A DNA stretch of 64,000 nt, taken from contig JABZMB010000001.1 in assembly GCA_015256455.1 (NCBI GenBank), forward strand, positions 45,514 to 109,513, read 5' to 3'. Below the pieces are notes generated by a model. It saw only the letters and a list, made by a program, of their open reading frames with translations. It was not told where the DNA came from and did not search any database. The DNA comes from Solobacterium sp. Lineage in GTDB: Bacteria > Bacillota_I > Bacilli_A > Erysipelotrichales > Erysipelotrichaceae. Of this stretch, positions 60,058 to 64,000 are shown one piece after another (position 1 is the stretch's first letter; every line of letters starts with the position of its first letter). A program made the translations under genes and the position numbers.

Positions 60058-60996
60058 ATGAAAAACAGTTTATTACAAGAAATATCAATCCATGCATTGA
60101 CCGAGTTTAAATTAGGTAGTGCTGAATATCCAGAATCCAATTCTGGTTGTACAGTTATCTTAAGTGAATCAGGATATCCTACCGGAATCGATATTCGTGG
60201 TGGTGCTCCTGCATCTAGAGAAAGTGGGCTATTAAATCCACTCGCTGCTAATGATGGCGTGCATGCGATTGTACTATCTGGAGGTAGTGCCTTTGGGCTT
60301 GATACTGCTAGTGGCGTTATGAAGTTTCTAGCAGAACGCAACATCGGTTTCCCTACTGCGGCAGGTGTTGTACCAATTGTGTGTGCTTCCTGCTTATTTG
60401 ATTTGAACGGTAATTCAACACAGAAATATCCTGACGCAAATCTTGGCTATCAAGCATGTGAAAATGCATATCAAGGAATCTTTAAAGAAGGAAAACATGG
60501 CGCTGGAACTGGTGCTACTATCGGAAAGATATATGGTCCTAAACAATCATCTCCTTCTGCCTTAGCAACCTACGCAGTACAACTAGGAGATTTAAAAGTT
60601 GGAGCAATTGTCGCAGTTAATGCAGTCGGTAATATCTACGATCCTACTAGTGGCAACATACTCTCTGGTATTCGCAATCTAAAAGATGGCGGTTTTATCG
60701 ATGGTGAGGAGGCATTATACACTGCAATCTTAGGTCGTGATTTATTCCATCAAAATACAACTATCGGTGCAATTATTACCAATGCAAAACTAGATAAGAC
60801 AGCACTCACAAAAGTTGCAGGCATGGCACATGATGGATATGCACGTGTTATTAAACCAGTGCACACTACATTTGATGGAGATTCCATCTATACGATGAGT
60901 TCTAGTACTGTACCAGCAGATATTAATGTTGTAGGTACAATCGCTGCTTATGTTATGGAACAGGCAATTTTAAAAACTGTTGATTTCAGTAAATAA
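60058..60996 (+). CDS. P1/S58-family peptidase (DmpA-like L-aminopeptidase/D-Ala esterase)
   Basis: 312 aa. Contains NSGCTVIL and IDIRGGAPASRE. A DmpA/OAT Ntn-hydrolase fold. Confidence 0.8.
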   Translation: MKNSLLQEISIHALTEFKLGSAEYPESNSGCTVILSESGYPTGIDIRGGAPASRESGLLNPLAANDGVHAIVLSGGSAFGLDTASGVMKFLAERNIGFPTAAGVVPIVCASCLFDLNGNSTQKYPDANLGYQACENAYQGIFKEGKHGAGTGATIGKIYGPKQSSPSALATYAVQLGDLKVGAIVAVNAVGNIYDPTSGNILSGIRNLKDGGFIDGEEALYTAILGRDLFHQNTTIGAIITNAKLDKTALTKVAGMAHDGYARVIKPVHTTFDGDSIYTMSSSTVPADINVVGTIAAYVMEQAILKTVDFSK

Positions 60997-61013
60997 CTAG
61001 GAGTATATCAATC

Positions 61014-61598
61014 ATGAATGAACGTTTACAAAAACAAATGGATTTCATCCTAGAAATCGATAAAGAAAAAAATATCTTTCGTCAGACGCATTTAACTAAT
61101 CATGGAAGAAATGAGAATGACGCAGAACATGCATGGCACATGGCTATTATGAGCTATCTTTTAAAGGAACATGCAAACGAAAAGATTGATATTGCTAAGA
61201 CAATGATGATGTGTCTGATTCACGATATTGTGGAAATTGATGCAGGTGATACCTATGCATACGATACTGAAGGCTTAAAAACACAAAAGGCAAGAGAAGA
61301 CCTTGCCAAAGAAAGAATCTATTCACTTTTACCTGATGATCAAAAAGTAGAATTGATTGCACTCTTTGATGAGTTTGAAGCAAATGAAACTCCAGAAGCA
61401 AAGTTTGCACATGCAATGGATAACTTCCAGCCACTCCTATTAAATAACTCAAATGACGGTGGTGACTGGAAGGATCACCAAGTTACTGCAGAAAAGGTAT
61501 ATGGTCGACAATCGAAAACCAAGTTAGGTTCAGAAGCCATCTATGAAGTAACAGACCAAATCCTTCAGAGTCATATTAAAAAAGGTAATCTAAAATAA
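61014..61598 (+). CDS. HD-domain phosphohydrolase (YfbR-like 5'-deoxynucleotidase family)
   Basis: 194 aa. HD motif context HAWHMAIM…LIHDIVEIDAGD. Confidence 0.75.
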   Translation: MNERLQKQMDFILEIDKEKNIFRQTHLTNHGRNENDAEHAWHMAIMSYLLKEHANEKIDIAKTMMMCLIHDIVEIDAGDTYAYDTEGLKTQKAREDLAKERIYSLLPDDQKVELIALFDEFEANETPEAKFAHAMDNFQPLLLNNSNDGGDWKDHQVTAEKVYGRQSKTKLGSEAIYEVTDQILQSHIKKGNLK

Positions 61599-61643
61599 CC
61601 TTCATGCATGATACTCATCTTTCAAGAAAATATATTTTTAAAA

Positions 61644-61675
61644 AGAATGGCAGTTAACTCTAACATTCTTTTTAC
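61644..61675. terminator. Bidirectional intrinsic terminator between convergent HD and autolysin genes
   Basis: AAGAATGgcagttaactctaaCATTCTT flanked by an A-run on the 5' side and a T-run on the 3' side. Confidence 0.55.
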
Positions 61676-61705
61676 TTTTCTTAATTGATTTAACCTGCAA
61701 GCAGA

Positions 61706-64000
61706 TTAAGATACTAATACTCCTCCATTATTGAAAGTATAATATCTTCCACCAATGGAAATTGTTCCCGTCTTCATAGAACCATCTGTCTCTTCACCTA
61801 GATAATACCAATATCCATTGATCTTTTGCCAACCTGTTAACATATGTCCAAATGAATCTAAGTAATACCATGAACCATTAATGAGCTTCCAGCCCTTGGT
61901 GATTAAACCATTTTCATCGAGATAGTAATAATAGTTTCCATAATACACCCAGCCAACCTTCATATTACCATCTGTCCCTAGATAATAATCTTTGCCATTT
62001 ACTACAATCCAATTAAATTGTTGAATACCAAAGTCATTGAGATATTGATATTGATTGTTTGTATAGACCCAACCCTTCTGCATCTTTCCATTCTCGTCAA
62101 GATAATAGTTACGGTCCAGATATTGAATCCAACCTGTCTTTCTGTTTCCATCTGTTCCTAGATAATAATCAACTCCATCGACAAGTATCCAGTTGAATTG
62201 TTGAATTCCAAAGTCATTGAGATATTGATACTGGTTATTTGTCTTTACCCAACCTGTTTGCATTTTTCCATTTTCATCGAAATAGTAATTTCGATTTGCA
62301 TAGACTTGCCAACCTAGTTTTAATGAACCATCATCATTTGCCCAATACCAGCCTGGTTTCGCATCAATCCAACCTGTCTGCATAGCACCACTACCATTAA
62401 AGTAATACTTCTTACCTTCAATATCCGCAACACCCTTAACCATGTTTCCGTTTGTATCTAGATAATAGTTGATATCTCCTTCTTTCAACCAGCCAAATAC
62501 TTGGAATCCAAAAGCATTCAAATATTGGTAATTGTTGTTGGTATATACCCAGCCTTTCTTCATCATTCCACTATCATCGAAATAATATTTTCTGCCTGAG
62601 TATTCATGCCAGCCAATCTTTAGAGAACCATCATCATTCGCCCAGTACCACTCATTATTTACTTGGAACCAACCACCAGACATTGCTCCATATGCATCGA
62701 AGTGATAAATCTTACCATTAACTTTAGCAAACCCTATCGCCATGATGCCTGATGTTTCATCTAGATAGTATTTCTTTGTACCTAATGTTAAGAATCCTGT
62801 CTTACGGTATCCCTGTTCATCAAAGTAATACCAGTAACCATCTATCAATTCCCAATCAGAACGGGTATATGTTCCATCGAAATGACGGTACCAATAACCG
62901 TAATAATCTTTTACCCAAGCACCTTTACCTACTTGTTTTGTAAGTGGCTCAACACTTATAAAACTGATATTCTGATTTGATACCCATCCTACACTCGCAT
63001 TCCAGTCATAGGTAGCCAATGATGAATTACCAGCTGTATACATTGATTGTCCATTTACTACATGATTTGTGGACTGAATCTTATAATATCCTCCACTTTC
63101 ACCAAGAACGTTAACAAAATGAAATTTATTATATCCCGATGCATATGAAGAGTTATATAGAACCGTACTTGAAGTTAGTGATTGATATACATTTATATTA
63201 TCTCCAACGATATATCCCACCTTTGCAGAACCATAGTCTACTAAGTAACCATCATTTCCGCTTGCATATTTATCAAAACTATATGCAATGGCCGCAATTG
63301 ATACACCATAATATGGTGTAGATGCATATTTCACACTTAATCCACTACCCTTATTTCCAAAGAAACTACCGTAATAGCTAAAACGATTTCTTGTACTTAA
63401 ATATCCATTTCGTAACTGGATTCCCATTTGTTCATTAATTGATTGGGCAACACTACTATAGTAACTTGCACGATTTGGATCACTATCAACTGCATTCCAT
63501 CCAAATAAGTTATATCTTTGCTTTGCAAAGTAACTAGTACCGTAGGCTGCTTCCAAACATGCCTGCGCAAAAATCATGACTGCATTTACACCATAGGTAT
63601 TCTGAGCATCAATAAAGTACTGTCCTGAATCCCAAAGAACACTGTTTGTTCCATATCCCTTCGATGCTAAAAATCCATTATACTTATCCGCAGTAATATT
63701 AGACTTTGTTCGCAGCGGTAAAAATTGATAATAGTTAAAATATGTTCCTGCTAAATAAGAATAATATGGATCTGTATAGTAACGTACATCATCATACGAA
63801 TAGTAACTGGCACCTGTTGTCATCCAAGAAGCTGCAGGACCTACCGCAATCTCCGCAACAGTACGTGGAATAGAGCCACCTTCTGCATAACTAGAATATG
63901 CCACAAAGATAAGGTCCCTATAATTTCCATTTTGGCGAACTGTATAATACGCTCTACGTGGTCGTACATAGAATGGTGCTGAATGTTCTGAAGTATTATC
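61706..64000 (-). CDS. GH73 N-acetylglucosaminidase autolysin with C-terminal cell-wall-binding (choline-binding-type) repeats; 5' end beyond window
   Basis: The listed start at 63904 is a GTG, but the frame stays open to position 64000. The GH73 block is AVMIFAQACLEAAYGTSYFAKQRYNLFGWNA. The C-terminus has at least 10 ~20-aa repeats of the form GW..Y.N.QYQYLNDFG/YYLGTDGNMKTGW. Confidence 0.8.
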   Translation of the reverse strand, partial: DNTSEHSAPFYVRPRRAYYTVRQNGNYRDLIFVAYSSYAEGGSIPRTVAEIAVGPAASWMTTGASYYSYDDVRYYTDPYYSYLAGTYFNYYQFLPLRTKSNITADKYNGFLASKGYGTNSVLWDSGQYFIDAQNTYGVNAVMIFAQACLEAAYGTSYFAKQRYNLFGWNAVDSDPNRASYYSSVAQSINEQMGIQLRNGYLSTRNRFSYYGSFFGNKGSGLSVKYASTPYYGVSIAAIAYSFDKYASGNDGYLVDYGSAKVGYIVGDNINVYQSLTSSTVLYNSSYASGYNKFHFVNVLGESGGYYKIQSTNHVVNGQSMYTAGNSSLATYDWNASVGWVSNQNISFISVEPLTKQVGKGAWVKDYYGYWYRHFDGTYTRSDWELIDGYWYYFDEQGYRKTGFLTLGTKKYYLDETSGIMAIGFAKVNGKIYHFDAYGAMSGGWFQVNNEWYWANDDGSLKIGWHEYSGRKYYFDDSGMMKKGWVYTNNNYQYLNAFGFQVFGWLKEGDINYYLDTNGNMVKGVADIEGKKYYFNGSGAMQTGWIDAKPGWYWANDDGSLKLGWQVYANRNYYFDENGKMQTGWVKTNNQYQYLNDFGIQQFNWILVDGVDYYLGTDGNRKTGWIQYLDRNYYLDENGKMQKGWVYTNNQYQYLNDFGIQQFNWIVVNGKDYYLGTDGNMKVGWVYYGNYYYYLDENGLITKGWKLINGSWYYLDSFGHMLTGWQKINGYWYYLGEETDGSMKTGTISIGGRYYTFNNGGVLVS

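Noticed and set aside
61706-63904. Treating 63904 as the autolysin start
   Set aside because: The codon there is GTG and the frame remains open to position 64000, so the gene extends beyond the window.
1-64000. CRISPR arrays, transposases, integrases, prophage or restriction-modification genes
   Set aside because: None seen. The only tandem repeats are intragenic (the KEDTS linker and the cell-wall-binding repeats). No direct-repeat/spacer architecture or IS-like inverted repeats were found.

Overview
This 64-kb window reads as a chromosomal segment from a low-GC Gram-positive bacterium (Bacillota), possibly an Erysipelotrichaceae- or Clostridia-like gut anaerobe; this taxonomic guess is inference only. 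It is gene-dense and mostly minus-strand. No transposase, integrase, CRISPR array, rRNA or restriction system was seen.

Content from left to right:
- **1-1255:** a partial metN (methionine ABC ATPase) preceded by a T-box leader.
- **1313-9608:** a maltodextrin locus running malR, msmK, malE, malF, malG, a HAD hydrolase and a GH13 alpha-glucosidase, with MalR-type AAACGTTT operator palindromes.
- **9729-11498:** a sortase-anchored CnaB-type surface protein.
- **11813-17796:** a CcdA-TlpA fusion thiol-disulfide protein, uppP, malQ and a divergent glgP.
- **17806-21274:** ppiB, hup, an FMN-binding lipoprotein, an EndA-like nuclease and the mtnN-luxS operon.
- **21361-29542:** dacA, a glutaredoxin-cydD-cydC-like operon, a ClC channel and a large extracellular FMN-bind/FAD flavoprotein reductase.
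- **29844-36422:** a peptidase and DNA-repair block of ldcA, pepV, xth and pepP, plus a HEPN-like/CBS protein.
- **36634-39092:** a small membrane protein followed by an intact but catalytically dead P1B-type ATPase homolog.
- **39532-46521:** nudC, rluD, prfB (with its programmed +1 frameshift), secA, comFC and comFA.
- **46610-52905:** two large tandem adhesin-like proteins carrying [ST]PKT[GS]D sorting signals.
- **53318-56884:** a Trp-rich membrane protein, an ispD-family gene and a standalone tRNA-Ile/tRNA-Ala pair with its own promoter and terminator.
- **56955-64000:** a C39-like lipoprotein, a GC-rich structured element, a split transketolase, a DmpA-like peptidase, an HD hydrolase and a partial GH73 autolysin with cell-wall-binding repeats.
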